Shown: piece by piece, positions 1 through 9,912 of the stretch
Layout of the letters: every line of letters begins with the position of its first letter
How positions within the stretch are numbered: position 1 is the first letter of the stretch
Source: Deltaproteobacteria bacterium
Lineage (GTDB): Bacteria > Desulfobacterota > JADFXK01
NCBI GenBank assembly: GCA_015233355.1
Contig: JADFXY010000001.1
Span: 1-46,331, forward strand
DNA length: 46,331 bases
Direction of reading: 5' to 3'
The notes under the pieces: generated by a model
What the model was told of the DNA's origin: nothing
The model's input: the letters and a program-made list of their open reading frames with translations, nothing else
Databases searched by the model: none
Made by a program: the position numbers and the translations under genes

Positions 1-241
1 CTGTTGTGACCCCAGAAAAACTGTCCGATGAACATAAAACTTGAACATCGAGTAATAGAATCCATGGGTCTCTTTTAACCGAGCCGGATATCAAAATAAT
101 GACAAGAATGTTACAATTTGGCTATAGAGTTGAACAGGAGGGGGTGGTTTTTATAATTAATTCTGTAAAATAAGTAGATTAAGTAAAGAAGGGGATCAGG
201 AGAAGGCCGGCCGTTTGATTTGCCTTATAATTGTTTGGCGG

Positions 242-259
242 CCGTCACGAAACTGTAAC
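242..259 (+). promoter_or_regulatory. Pho-box-like direct repeat upstream of pstS (CCGTCAC gaaa CTGTAAC)
   Basis: Two 7-bp direct repeats separated by a 4-bp A/T-rich spacer (11-bp period). The end of the box lies about 85 nt upstream of the pstS ATG. The same architecture recurs at 6373, 8145 and 35806. It resembles the E. coli PhoB box CTGTCAT-N4-CTGTCAT. Confidence 0.45.
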
Positions 260-344
260 AATTCTCAGTTATCCTCGCCCCAGATTTAAATCAACCTCCA
301 TGGGAACATGGAATTTTTCAAAAGAATCCAGAGGAGAAAGCATC

Positions 345-1178
345 ATGAAGAAGTTTTTGGGAAAAGGCGCCGGGTTTATCCTGGGCGCAATCGCCATGTG
401 TGGCGTCATAGGCGCAGGCCCGGCCGTGGCGGGTGACAAGATATCAATTACAGGATCCACCACGGTGCTTCCAATCGCCCAGAAAGCGGCGGAAGACTAT
501 ATGAAGAAGCATCCCGACGTCAATATCTCCGTGGCGGGTACCGGTTCAGGTGACGGCGTTAAGGCCATTATTGACGGCAGCGTCGACATCGGTGATTCCT
601 CCCGGGACATGAAGGATAAAGAAATACAACATGCCAAGGAAAAAGGGGTTACGCCCGTAAAGCATGTGGTCGCCTTTGATTGCATCGTGCCCGTCGTCAA
701 CCCGGATAATCCGGTCTCCGAGGTGACAACTCAACAACTTCGAGATATTTATAACGGCAAGATCAAAAACTGGAAAGAAGTGGGCGGTCACGACAAGCCC
801 ATTGTGGCTGTTTCCAGAGATACCAGCTCCGGAACATTTGAAGTGTGGGAAGAAAAGATCCTGCAGAAAGACAAGGTCCGGCCCGATGCCCAACTTCAGG
901 CCTCCAACGGCGCCGTGGCCCAGGCCGTGGCTGGAAACAAATACGCCATCGGCTATGTTGGGATCGGATACCTGAATCCCAAATTAAAAGGCCTGAAGGT
1001 AAACGGAGTGGTCGCCACGGAGGAAGCCGCCAAGAAGAAAACTTACCCCGTGGCCAGAGAATTGTTCATGTTCACCAAAGGTGAGCCGACCGGTCCGGTG
1101 AAGTCCTTTTTGGATTTCGTGAAGAGTGCGGAAGGTCAGAAGATCGTTAAAGAAGAAGGCTTTTGTCCGATCAACTAA
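345..1178 (+). CDS. pstS: Phosphate ABC transporter periplasmic phosphate-binding protein PstS
   Basis: The ORF track starts at 231. I prefer the ATG at 345, which follows GAGGAG at 331-336. Signal peptide MKKFLGKGAGFILGAIAMCGVIGAGPAVAG. PstS-like motifs ITGSTTV and AGTGSGDGVKA. It is the first gene of a pstSCAB arrangement. Confidence 0.9.
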   Translation: MKKFLGKGAGFILGAIAMCGVIGAGPAVAGDKISITGSTTVLPIAQKAAEDYMKKHPDVNISVAGTGSGDGVKAIIDGSVDIGDSSRDMKDKEIQHAKEKGVTPVKHVVAFDCIVPVVNPDNPVSEVTTQQLRDIYNGKIKNWKEVGGHDKPIVAVSRDTSSGTFEVWEEKILQKDKVRPDAQLQASNGAVAQAVAGNKYAIGYVGIGYLNPKLKGLKVNGVVATEEAAKKKTYPVARELFMFTKGEPTGPVKSFLDFVKSAEGQKIVKEEGFCPIN

Positions 1179-1192
1179 TGAGGACTTTGATC

Positions 1193-2155
1193 ATGAGCGA
1201 AGGGGAAGTTCAGATGTTGGCACTCCCGGCCGGTAGCAATCAAGACGAAGAGCCTGTGCCCAGAGGGGTGGAACTGAAGGTGCAAGAGGGCCTACCAAAA
1301 TACCTCTTTCTTGCGGCTGCGTCTACTTCTTTGTTTGTTATGGCTTTGATCCTACTATTCCTATTTCGGGAGGGTCTGGCGATTTTGGGGAAGGTCGACC
1401 TGATCAGTTTCATTTTTGGGAAGTCCTGGTACCCCACCTATGATCCTCCTGAATTCGGAATTTTTCCTTTGATCGTTGGGTCCGGGGTGGTGACGCTGTT
1501 CTCTTCGCTCATTGCTATTCCCCTGGGTGTCGGTACGGCCCTTTACCTGTCGGTGTTGGCCGGCCCCACCGTCCGGGAATATGTTAAAGCGGCGGTGGAG
1601 CTGTTGGCCAGCTTACCGTCGGTGGTTCTGGGGTTTTTGGGGATGGTCGTGATCGGACCGTTTATGCAGCAGGTGCTGGATGTGCCGACCGGCTTGAATA
1701 TAGCTAACGCATCGATCGTCCTGGCTATCATGGCCATACCGACCATTGCCAGCATCTCGGAAGACGCCCTCTATTCAGTTCCCCGAGATAATCTGGAGGC
1801 GTCATACGCCCTGGGCGCGACAAGGTGGGAGACCATGAGCCGGGTTCTGGTGCCTGGGGCTTTGTCCGGGATCGGGACCGCTGTCATTTTAGGTATGGCC
1901 CGGGCCATGGGAGAAACCATGGTGGTCTTGATGGTTGCCGGCGGGGCGGCCCAAATACCTTCGAGTTTGTTCGATTCGGTTCGGCCCATGCCGGCCTCCA
2001 TTGCCGCGGAAATGGGAGAGGCGCCGTTCGGCGGTGACCATTATCATGCCCTATTCGCCATTGGGATTGTGCTCTTTTTCCTGACTTTGGCGTTCAACCT
2101 GATCGCCAACTACGTGTCCGCAAGATTTCAACAAAAAGGGGCGTCAACTCTATGA
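1193..2155 (+). CDS. pstC: Phosphate ABC transporter permease PstC
   Basis: Polytopic membrane protein with the ABC permease EAA-type loop EASYALGATRWETMSRVLVP. It lies between pstS and pstA. The start is uncertain (1163 or 1193). Confidence 0.88.
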   Translation: MSEGEVQMLALPAGSNQDEEPVPRGVELKVQEGLPKYLFLAAASTSLFVMALILLFLFREGLAILGKVDLISFIFGKSWYPTYDPPEFGIFPLIVGSGVVTLFSSLIAIPLGVGTALYLSVLAGPTVREYVKAAVELLASLPSVVLGFLGMVVIGPFMQQVLDVPTGLNIANASIVLAIMAIPTIASISEDALYSVPRDNLEASYALGATRWETMSRVLVPGALSGIGTAVILGMARAMGETMVVLMVAGGAAQIPSSLFDSVRPMPASIAAEMGEAPFGGDHYHALFAIGIVLFFLTLAFNLIANYVSARFQQKGASTL

Positions 2156-3024
2156 TCGCAGCCACATCTAAACGTTATCGCCTGATAACCGAGCTGGTGG
2201 CTTTTTGGATAATTCGACTGTCGGCCGGGTTGGTGGTCCTCACCCTGGGGGGAATCGTGTTATTCCTGCTTTATCGGGGCGCGGGCGCCGTCAATTGGGC
2301 TTTTCTGACCGAGTCGCCTACGGACGCCATGACCAGGGGAGGTATTTTCCCAGCCATTATCGGTACGTTATATCTGACCATCGGCTCGAGCTTGATCGCC
2401 CTGCCTCTTGGTGTCGCTTCGGCCATTTATTTAAGTGAATACGCCAAAGACGGGTGGACGCTGCGGCTGATCAGACTGGGGATTCAGAATCTGGCCGGGG
2501 TTCCTTCCGTGGTTTTCGGCCTATATGGACTGGCCCTGTTCGTGGTCTTCCTGGGCTTTGGAGTCAGCATTCTGGCTGGGTCTTTGACCCTCGGCTTTTT
2601 GGTCTTGCCAACCATTATAGGGGCCTCGGAAGAAGCCATCCGGCAGGTTCCGGCCACGTTCAGAGAGGCTTCTCTGGCCTTGGGCGCCACCAAATTTCAG
2701 ACAATTTGCCGGGTCGTGTTGCCTTCCGCCATGCCTGGTGTCATCACCGGGAGTATTCTGGGGGTCGGCCGGGCGGCCGGTGAAACCGCCCCGATCATGT
2801 TTACCGCCGCGACCTTTTACACCCGGCATATGCCAACCTCACCCTTTGACCAGGTGATGGCCCTGCCTTATCACATCTATGTGCTGGCCACCTCCGGGAC
2901 CCACATCGACCAGACGCGGCCTCTGCAATATGGAACGGTGCTGGTGCTCATTACTCTTGTCTTGGGGATAAACATTTCTGCCATTATCATCAGAACCCGC
3001 ATGAGAAGAAAAAAGACATGGTAG
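2152..3024 (+). CDS. pstA: Phosphate ABC transporter permease PstA
   Basis: 4-nt overlap with pstC. EAA loop [20 protein letters not shown]. Polytopic membrane protein. Confidence 0.88.
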   Translation: MIAATSKRYRLITELVAFWIIRLSAGLVVLTLGGIVLFLLYRGAGAVNWAFLTESPTDAMTRGGIFPAIIGTLYLTIGSSLIALPLGVASAIYLSEYAKDGWTLRLIRLGIQNLAGVPSVVFGLYGLALFVVFLGFGVSILAGSLTLGFLVLPTIIGASEEAIRQVPATFREASLALGATKFQTICRVVLPSAMPGVITGSILGVGRAAGETAPIMFTAATFYTRHMPTSPFDQVMALPYHIYVLATSGTHIDQTRPLQYGTVLVLITLVLGINISAIIIRTRMRRKKTW

Positions 3025-3788
3025 TCAATAATGACAACACGATAATCGAAGCTCGCGACGTCGATTTCTATTACGGCGATGTCAAGGCCCTAAGAGGGAT
3101 TACCTTAAGCGTCGTCAGGAACCGGGTGACGGCCTTGATCGGCCCTTCCGGATGCGGGAAATCCACTTTTTTGCGGTTGCTTAACCGGATGAACGATCTT
3201 ATCCCCGGCACGCGGGTGGAAGGCCGGGTGGCATTTGAAGGGAAAAACCTGTATGACGATGACGTGGACCCGGTGGAAGTCCGCCGGCGGATCGGCATGG
3301 TCTTTCAGAAGCCCAATCCCTTTCCTAAGTCCATCTATAACAACGTGGCCTACGGTCCCAGACTGAACGGCATTAAGGATAAGAAGAAATTAGACGAACT
3401 TGTCGTTCGGTCCTTGAAACAAGGGGCCATTTGGGATGAAGTCAAAGATACGCTGGATAAGTCGGCCCTGTCGTTGTCCGGTGGGCAGCAGCAGCGGTTG
3501 TGTATAGCCCGGGCTTTGGCCATGGAGCCCGATATTTTGTTAATGGACGAACCGACTTCAGCTTTGGACCCGATTGCCACCAGTCGCATCGAAGAGTTGG
3601 TGGAAGTCTTGAAGAAAGACTATACCGTAGTTATCGTAACCCATAATATGCAGCAAGCGGCTCGGGTTTCAGACGAAACCGCCTTTTTTTACATGGGTGA
3701 AATGGTTGAAATGGGTAACACGGAGAAGCTCTTCACCAAACCGGATAAACAGCAGACAGAACAGTATATCACCGGAAGATTCGGGTAG
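3018..3788 (+). CDS. pstB: Phosphate ABC transporter ATP-binding protein PstB
   Basis: Walker [13 protein letters not shown] signature LSGGQQQR, Walker [13 protein letters not shown], and a C-terminal ...YITGRFG typical of PstB. It overlaps the end of pstA. Confidence 0.95.
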   Translation: MVVNNDNTIIEARDVDFYYGDVKALRGITLSVVRNRVTALIGPSGCGKSTFLRLLNRMNDLIPGTRVEGRVAFEGKNLYDDDVDPVEVRRRIGMVFQKPNPFPKSIYNNVAYGPRLNGIKDKKKLDELVVRSLKQGAIWDEVKDTLDKSALSLSGGQQQRLCIARALAMEPDILLMDEPTSALDPIATSRIEELVEVLKKDYTVVIVTHNMQQAARVSDETAFFYMGEMVEMGNTEKLFTKPDKQQTEQYITGRFG

Positions 3789-3877
3789 CCTGATGTTCCT
3801 GGTCGGCGAAATAAGGCCCCGGTTTAGAAAGCGGCCGGACAGGAACGACATATCCCTAATAAAAAATTAGACTTTTT

Positions 3878-4020
3878 CGACTAGTTTTTTAACTGACTAC
3901 CAGAAATATATCCACAGATTTCTCAGATGAACGCAGATTGAAAAGCCCCACAGACCTATTTGGCCCGAATCTGCGCAAATCGCGCAATCTGCAATTGAAT
4001 CATGGCTCTTGATGGTAATC
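3878..4020. repeat. MITE/REP-like intergenic repeat, copy A (between pstB and phoU)
   Basis: Left arm CCACAGATTTCTCAGATGAACGCAGAT (3912-3938) and an imperfectly complementary right arm ATCTGCGCAAATCGCGCAATCTGCAA (3969-3994), followed by a conserved TTGAATCATGGC tail. Related copies lie at 35611-35760 and 41630-41817, with a degenerate one at 11110-11200. Confidence 0.75.
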
Positions 4021-4125
4021 GCTTAGCATACTAGTCAAACTCAGGTTATGATAGGAAAACGTTTAGTTTTGGTTTTCGATGACGATGAAAGAAGATTCTT
4101 CTATGAGGATTAGGAGGACTTAACC

Positions 4126-4833
4126 TTGGCTATTCCGGAATTCCACAGGCAGATGGACCAGGTGAAAATCGATCTCCTCAAGATGGGTGGATTGGTTGAA
4201 GAAGCAATTGATGATGTCATGCGTTCCCTCTTGTCCAAAGATGCCGACCTGGCCCGAAAATCGATTAATGGGGACAAGCGGATAGACGCCTTGGAAAATG
4301 AAATTGAAGAACGGTGTTTGAAACTTTTGGCCACGCGGCAACCGGTAGCCGTGGACTTAAGGTTCCTGACCTCTGCGATTAAGATTTCCCACTATCTGGA
4401 GCGGATGGGCGACCAATGTGTCAATGTGGCCGAGCGGTCGCTGGATTTGATTCCCTTAGATCCGATAGAAATTCCAAATACTTTGATAGAAATGGGACAA
4501 ATAGCCCAGGAGATGACCCGCAATTGTTTAGAAGGATTTGTCCACCTGGATGTGTCCGCCGCCCAAGAAGTTTGTTGCCGAGATGAAGACCTGGACAATC
4601 TCAACCGGCAATTGCTCGAAGAGATGATCACCTGGATGATGGATGAACGCCGGTTGATCAAACGAGGAGTGGAACTGATCTTAACCGGACGCCATTTGGA
4701 AAGAATCGGCGATGAAGCGACTAATATCTCGGAACAAGTTATCTATCTGGTCAAAGGCAAGGTGATCCGACACCCCGACTTACAGCCGAATAGAACCAAT
4801 CCGTGCCTTGGGCGGGAAGCCGCTAATCTTTAA
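4126..4833 (+). CDS. phoU: Phosphate signalling complex protein PhoU
   Basis: Two PhoU repeats with the hallmark motifs DKRIDALENEIE...LERMGDQCVNVAE and DEDLDNLNRQL...LERIGDEATNISE. TTG start as given in the ORF track. It lies downstream of pstB. Confidence 0.85.
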   Translation: MAIPEFHRQMDQVKIDLLKMGGLVEEAIDDVMRSLLSKDADLARKSINGDKRIDALENEIEERCLKLLATRQPVAVDLRFLTSAIKISHYLERMGDQCVNVAERSLDLIPLDPIEIPNTLIEMGQIAQEMTRNCLEGFVHLDVSAAQEVCCRDEDLDNLNRQLLEEMITWMMDERRLIKRGVELILTGRHLERIGDEATNISEQVIYLVKGKVIRHPDLQPNRTNPCLGREAANL

Positions 4834-4961
4834 GAGAGAGGAGTAAACGCCGGTCGCTGAATACTAATTGCTTATGCCTCAAGATCGTGCAATAGACCAC
4901 CAGTTTTTTACCCAGGGGGGTAAAACATTGACCGTTACTTAATCATAAGGAGAGAAGGGTG

Positions 4962-6209
4962 ATGAAGAGATTCATTGGTATCATGCTGTTAATGTTTGGA
5001 TTATACATCTTGCCGGCTCAACCGGTGATGGCGGCCAAATCCCTGACCGATGTGCTCATGGAAAAGGGCGTCCTCACCAAAGATGAAGCGAAAGAGATCA
5101 AGACGGACGAGGAAAAAGGCCTTAACCTGCCCAAGGGCCTCCAGGGTATCACCCTCGGCGGAACCTACTTCATCAATTATTTTATCCGGAACTATGACTC
5201 CGGGGCCAAGGCCAATGACAACGGGTTTTCTCTAGACCGGGCTTACCTGACCTTAGGTAAGCAATTCGCGCCCTGGTTCTCCACCCGGGCCACCGTTGAT
5301 GTCACCTACGACAAAAAAAGAGGCAGCACCGGCACCGACGCCAGTGAAATCGGCTGGGAAGTCCGGGCCAAATACGCTTACGGCCTCTTTGATTTCAAGA
5401 ACTTGTTCGGTATGGAAGTGGCCGGCTCCGAGTTTCGGTTGCAAAGTGAGGTTGGTCTGGTTCACACCGGCTCAGATAACTATGACGACTCTCTCTGGCC
5501 ATACCGGGTGGAAGGCAAGAACTACCTGGACCGTCACAACATTATGGCCTCTGCCGATTTCGGCGCCAATATGCACCTGACCTTGGGAGAGATGGACAAG
5601 GAGTTTAAGGATACGGTTGAGAGCAAGTTCTCTTCCCGGTGGGGCGGTATGTGGTTTGGTGTCTACAACGGCTCAGGATATGACCGCAGCGAAAGAAACC
5701 CCACCAAGTTTGTTGAAGGTCTGCTGTATGTCCGGCCGCTCAACATGTTTGACTGGGGCAAAGGGTTACGCCTGGCGGCCCAATACGGCAACGGCGAGAG
5801 CGATGCCAAGTTCGCCGTCCCGGCCGGTTCTACGGCCTATCCCACCTGGAATATCCAGATGTACACTGCTTCCTACCAACATCAGTTGTTCACCATCTTC
5901 GGCCAGTACTACACCGGAAAAGGCACTAAAGTCAGCACGGATGAAAAGAACCGGACCGGCTATGATGTGGCCGGCTTTGTTAAGATGCCCTTCTGGCCTT
6001 GCCTGCGCGTCTTTGCCAAATATGATGTGTACACCCCTGATGATGACGCTAGAATCAGCGCCGAAGAAAAAACTCAACTCTATGGCGTGTCTTATGACTT
6101 GACCAAAGGCTTGATGGTCTATGTCGCCTCTGAGCGAACCAGCTACGACCTCAAGAGCGCCGGCCCCGATACGAATCTCTATCAGGTCGGTCTTAGAGCA
6201 GATTTCTAA
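4962..6209 (+). CDS. Outer-membrane beta-barrel porin, probably phosphate-selective (OprO/P-like)
   Basis: ATG at 4962 after AAGGAGAG. Signal peptide ending PVMA-AK. Alternating beta-strand pattern rich in aromatic residues and Gly. C-terminal LYQVGLRADF ends in the terminal Phe typical of OMPs. Pho-regulon neighbourhood. Confidence 0.55.
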   Translation: MKRFIGIMLLMFGLYILPAQPVMAAKSLTDVLMEKGVLTKDEAKEIKTDEEKGLNLPKGLQGITLGGTYFINYFIRNYDSGAKANDNGFSLDRAYLTLGKQFAPWFSTRATVDVTYDKKRGSTGTDASEIGWEVRAKYAYGLFDFKNLFGMEVAGSEFRLQSEVGLVHTGSDNYDDSLWPYRVEGKNYLDRHNIMASADFGANMHLTLGEMDKEFKDTVESKFSSRWGGMWFGVYNGSGYDRSERNPTKFVEGLLYVRPLNMFDWGKGLRLAAQYGNGESDAKFAVPAGSTAYPTWNIQMYTASYQHQLFTIFGQYYTGKGTKVSTDEKNRTGYDVAGFVKMPFWPCLRVFAKYDVYTPDDDARISAEEKTQLYGVSYDLTKGLMVYVASERTSYDLKSAGPDTNLYQVGLRADF

Positions 6210-6234
6210 CCGAAAAATTTGATATACATCAAAA

Positions 6235-6274
6235 GGGGTGACGGTTGTTGTCCGACTGTCGCCCCTGTTATTTT
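6235..6274 (+). terminator. Rho-independent terminator after the porin gene
   Basis: GGGGTGAC (6235-6242) pairs with GTCGCCCC (6258-6265), including one G-U pair. A T-rich tract TGTTATTTT follows. Confidence 0.6.
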
Positions 6275-6372
6275 CTGCCTGAATGATTGTCCCGGTCGAA
6301 CAGCCGGGTTCGGTCTCAACTTCAGTTTAGGCGTTCCTCGTTCACTGTTATTGACACTTCAAATATATCCCA

Positions 6373-6401
6373 TCGTAACCATTTTGTAACAACCTTATGG
6401 T
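6373..6401 (+). promoter_or_regulatory. Pho-box-like direct repeat plus -10-like TATGGT upstream of alkaline phosphatase copy 1
   Basis: TCGTAAC catt TTGTAAC (6373-6390), then TATGGT at 6396-6401. The same geometry is repeated upstream of copy 2. Confidence 0.45.
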
Positions 6402-6497
6402 AGGTTCCCCTCAGTTGGATCTGAATCGGATAATATCGTGATTACCGATAGCAACGGATCTCTTGCGGTTTGATTAACACTTTTCAGGGAGGTTGTT

Positions 6498-8018
6498 ATG
6501 ATGGCGGGACTTAAAGCGAGGAATTTTTGGAAACTATCTTATTATTTTTTGTGGATTTTGGTCTTATTTGCTTTTTCCGTAGGAATGGCTCAGGCTCAAA
6601 GTCAACCCCAAATCGCGTCTGATCAAAGAAACCCTAAATATGTCTTCCTATTCATTGGTGATGGAATGAGCATGACTCAACGCTATTCCGCCGAAGCCTA
6701 CCTCGGGGCCATTAAAAATCCCTCTAACCCCAATCTAGTTAAGCTGGCCTCCTCCGGATTTCCAGTCTGCGGCATGTGCACGACCTACGATTTAACATCT
6801 ATTTGCCCTGATTCGGCCTCGACCGGAACGGCTATTGCCAGCGGCTATAAGACTACCTCCGGCACCCTGGCCATGGACCCTTCAGGCAAATTCCCTTACA
6901 AAAGCATCGCCACCATGGCTAAAGAAAAGGGCATGAAGGTCGGAATTGTGTCCAGCGTTTCCATTGACCACGCTACTCCGGCGGTGTTCTACGCCAACCA
7001 ACCAACCAGAACTAATTATTATGACATCGCCATCCAACTCGGCAAAAGCGGCTTTGATTTCTTTGGCGGCGGCGGCTTTTTGTCTCCGACCGGGACCAAC
7101 AATGATAAGCCCGATGCCTACGTACAAGCCCAAAAGATGGGGTATAAGCTGGTCAATAACAAAACGGACTTCCTGGCCCTGAAACCCAGCGGGGACAAAA
7201 TCTACGCCTATGAGGCGGTCCTGGACAGCGAAAAGGCCTTGTATTATGAAATAGATCGCAATAGCAACATGATCTCCTTAGCCGATTTCACCAGGAAAGG
7301 AATCGAACTTCTCGATAACTCAAAGGGTTTCTTCATGATGGTGGAAGGTGGCAAAATCGACTGGACGTGCCACGCCAATGACGCCCGGACGTCCATCGAC
7401 GACACCCTGGCCCTGGACAACGCGGTCAAAGAAGCCATCGCTTTTTACGAGCAGCATCCTGATGATACTTTGATCATCATCACGGCCGACCATGAGACCG
7501 GCGGCATGACCCTCGGATGGGCGGGAACGAAATATGGTACATTTTATCAGACTCTGTCCGGCCAGACCATGTCCTATGACGCCTTTAACACGACATACGT
7601 GGCTGCTTACCGCAAGAATGGCTGGAAAGTCACCGACCAGCAGTTGATGGCCGATATAAAAACGGCATTTGGGCTGGATGTGAGCAAACTCGATGGCTGG
7701 CAGGTCAAAATGATCCAGGACGCTTTAGCTGCAAGCAAGAAGATCACATCAGATGTTATTTCCGGTGATCGGCACATGGACGCAGACAGCCGGGGGGACA
7801 ATATCGATCAGACCTACGTCCTTTATGGCGGGTATGAGCCGCTGACCGTCACTCTCACTCATATTTTAAACAACAACGCCGGAATTGGCTGGACCTCCTA
7901 TTCTCATACCGGTGTCCCCGTTCCGGTCTTGGCCAGGGGTTCGCAGTCGGATCAGTTCAGCGGCTTCTATGATGACACCGACATCGCCAAAAAATTGATC
8001 AACATAATGGGCCTGTAA
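6498..8018 (+). CDS. phoA: Alkaline phosphatase (PhoA family), copy 1
   Basis: Signal-anchor or signal peptide ...FSVGMAQAQ. Metal-ligand motif FIGDGMS. Nucleophile motif CPDSASTGTAIASG (D-S-A-x-T). TADHETGGM. RBS GGGAGG upstream. Confidence 0.85.
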   Translation: MMAGLKARNFWKLSYYFLWILVLFAFSVGMAQAQSQPQIASDQRNPKYVFLFIGDGMSMTQRYSAEAYLGAIKNPSNPNLVKLASSGFPVCGMCTTYDLTSICPDSASTGTAIASGYKTTSGTLAMDPSGKFPYKSIATMAKEKGMKVGIVSSVSIDHATPAVFYANQPTRTNYYDIAIQLGKSGFDFFGGGGFLSPTGTNNDKPDAYVQAQKMGYKLVNNKTDFLALKPSGDKIYAYEAVLDSEKALYYEIDRNSNMISLADFTRKGIELLDNSKGFFMMVEGGKIDWTCHANDARTSIDDTLALDNAVKEAIAFYEQHPDDTLIIITADHETGGMTLGWAGTKYGTFYQTLSGQTMSYDAFNTTYVAAYRKNGWKVTDQQLMADIKTAFGLDVSKLDGWQVKMIQDALAASKKITSDVISGDRHMDADSRGDNIDQTYVLYGGYEPLTVTLTHILNNNAGIGWTSYSHTGVPVPVLARGSQSDQFSGFYDDTDIAKKLINIMGL

Positions 8019-8144
8019 GCTATTCCAGTAATCGCCTGGTTTACTTTCATGGGGGCAGGGTTCGGCTGACAAGCCGTCCTTGCCTTTTCTATTTCAGTTT
8101 GAGAGTTCCTTGCTCATTGATGTTGACACTTCTTTTTCGTCTCA

Positions 8145-8173
8145 TTATAACAATTCTGTAACTACATTATGGT
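8145..8173 (+). promoter_or_regulatory. Pho-box-like direct repeat plus -10-like TATGGT upstream of alkaline phosphatase copy 2
   Basis: TTATAAC aatt CTGTAAC (8145-8162), then TATGGT at 8168-8173. This is the paralogous copy of the 6373-6401 element. Confidence 0.45.
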
Positions 8174-8274
8174 AGGGTTCCCGGGTGTCTGGATATGAAA
8201 CTAAAGATATCATAATTACAGATGCTAACAGGATTTTTCAATTTATTCAAAATTATTTTAAGGAGGCTGTTGGG

Positions 8275-9813
8275 ATGCTGGGGCTTAAGACGAAAAATTT
8301 ATGGAAACCGGCCTATTACTTTTTGTGGATTTTGGTTCTGTTTGCCTTTTCGATAGAAATGGCTCAGGCCCAAAATCAAGTCGCAACCGAGCCTGGTCGA
8401 AGAAGTCCCAGATATGTCTTTCTCTTCATCGGCGATGGCATGGGCATGAATCAACGCTATTCCGTCGAGGCCTACCTTGGGGCCATAAAGAATCCCTCCA
8501 ACCCCAATCTAGTCAAGCTGGCCAGCTCCGGCTTTCCGGTTTTCGGTATGTGCACCACCTATGATTTAACGTCCATTTGTCCGGATTCGGCCTCGACCGG
8601 TACGGCTATTGCCAGCGGCTATAAGACGACATCCGGCACCCTGGCCATGGACCCGTCTGGCAAGATTTCATACAAAAGTATCGCCACCATGGCTAAAGAA
8701 AAGGGCATGAAGGTCGGAATCGTGACCAGCGTTTCCATTGATCACGCCACTCCGGCTGTGTTTTACGCCAATCAACCAACAAGAAGTAATTATTATGACA
8801 TCGCCATCCAACTGGGCAAAAGCGGCTTTGATTACTTTGGCGGCGGCGGATTTTTGTCTCCCACCGGGCCGGACAAGGATAAGCCCGATGCCTATGAGGC
8901 GGCCAAAAAAAATGGCTATGTAATCGTAAATAACAAGAAAGATTTTTTAGCTTTAAAACCTACCGGGAATAAGGTGTACGCTTATGAAGCGGCTCTGGAC
9001 AGCCAAAAGGCTCTTTATTATGATATCGACCGCACCAGCGACATGATCTCCCTGGCTGAATTCACCAAAAAAGGAATCGAGTTGTTGGATAATCCGAAAG
9101 GATTTTTTATGATGGTGGAAGGCGGTAAGATTGACTGGACCAATCACGCCAACGACGCCCGGACATCCATCAACGACACCATCGCTCTGGATAACGCCGT
9201 GAGAGAAGCCATCACCTTTTATAATCAACATCAGGACGAGACCCTAATAATCGTCACGGCCGACCACGAAACCGGCGGTATGACCATTGGATGGGCCGGC
9301 ACCAGATACGGCGCCTTCTACCGGACGCTGGGCGGCCAGACCATGTCATATGACGCCTTTAGCACCACCTACGTGGCGGAATACCGCAAGAATGGCTGGA
9401 AAGTCACCGAGCAGCAGTTAATGGCCGACATCAAAAAAGCATTTGGTCTGGATGTAAGCAAACTCGACGCCTGGCAGGTCCAAATGATCCAGGACGCTTT
9501 AGCTGCCGGCAAGAAGACTGAAGCAAAGGCAATTCGTTCTCCAAACAAGGCCAAATTGGCCGCGAGCGATAAAGGCGCGGACAGCCGGAGGGACCCGATT
9601 GATCAAACTTACGTCCTTTACGGCGGATATGAGCCGTTGACCGTAACTCTCACCCATATTCTGAACAACAACGCCGGAATTGGCTGGACCTCCTACTCTC
9701 ACACCGGGCTCCCCGTTCCAGTCTTGGCCAGGGGCGCTCAGTCGGATCAATTCAGCGGCTTTTATGATGACACCGACATCGCCAAAAAGTTGATCCACAT
9801 CATGGGCCTGTAA
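8275..9813 (+). CDS. phoA: Alkaline phosphatase (PhoA family), copy 2 (tandem paralogue)
   Basis: The ORF track starts at GTG 8185. I prefer the ATG at 8275 after AAGGAGG, which aligns with the start of copy 1 (MLGLKTKNLWKPAYYFLWILVLFAF versus MMAGLKARNFWKLSYYFLWILVLFAF). The catalytic motifs match copy 1. There is a short insertion near the C-terminal third (KTEAKAIRSPNKAKLAASDKG). Confidence 0.85.
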   Translation: MLGLKTKNLWKPAYYFLWILVLFAFSIEMAQAQNQVATEPGRRSPRYVFLFIGDGMGMNQRYSVEAYLGAIKNPSNPNLVKLASSGFPVFGMCTTYDLTSICPDSASTGTAIASGYKTTSGTLAMDPSGKISYKSIATMAKEKGMKVGIVTSVSIDHATPAVFYANQPTRSNYYDIAIQLGKSGFDYFGGGGFLSPTGPDKDKPDAYEAAKKNGYVIVNNKKDFLALKPTGNKVYAYEAALDSQKALYYDIDRTSDMISLAEFTKKGIELLDNPKGFFMMVEGGKIDWTNHANDARTSINDTIALDNAVREAITFYNQHQDETLIIVTADHETGGMTIGWAGTRYGAFYRTLGGQTMSYDAFSTTYVAEYRKNGWKVTEQQLMADIKKAFGLDVSKLDAWQVQMIQDALAAGKKTEAKAIRSPNKAKLAASDKGADSRRDPIDQTYVLYGGYEPLTVTLTHILNNNAGIGWTSYSHTGLPVPVLARGAQSDQFSGFYDDTDIAKKLIHIMGL

Positions 9814-9912
9814 ACTATTCCGGCAATCGCTTGTTTTACTAACCTGGGGGCAGGGTCCGGCGTAAAGGCCGTCCTTGCCTCTTCTGTTTTCATTATAACA
9901 GATGGAGAACTG

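Noticed and set aside
1-66. Possible 5' end of a minus-strand gene leaving the window (ATG at 66-64, MDSITRCSSFMFIGQFF...)
   Set aside because: Only ~22 codons are visible, the RBS is weak and there are no motifs. It cannot be supported from this window.
231-344. N-terminal extension of pstS as given in the ORF track (start at 231)
   Set aside because: The extension has no signal-peptide character. A strong RBS (GAGGAG) precedes the internal ATG at 345, which begins a typical signal peptide. The Pho-box-like site at 242-259 would also lie inside the extension.
4904-4925. 8-bp hairpin TTTTACCC-aggg-GGGTAAAA between phoU and the porin gene, considered as a terminator
   Set aside because: It is an A/U-rich stem with no downstream U-tract on the + strand, so it is insufficient for an intrinsic terminator call.
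5617-6102. 161-aa + strand alternate-frame ORF inside the porin gene; similarly 10602-11060 inside the YibE/F gene and 22273-22755 inside pqiA
   Set aside because: These are out-of-frame overlaps with better-supported genes. Their translations are Ala/Arg/Pro/Ser-rich without structure-like periodicity.
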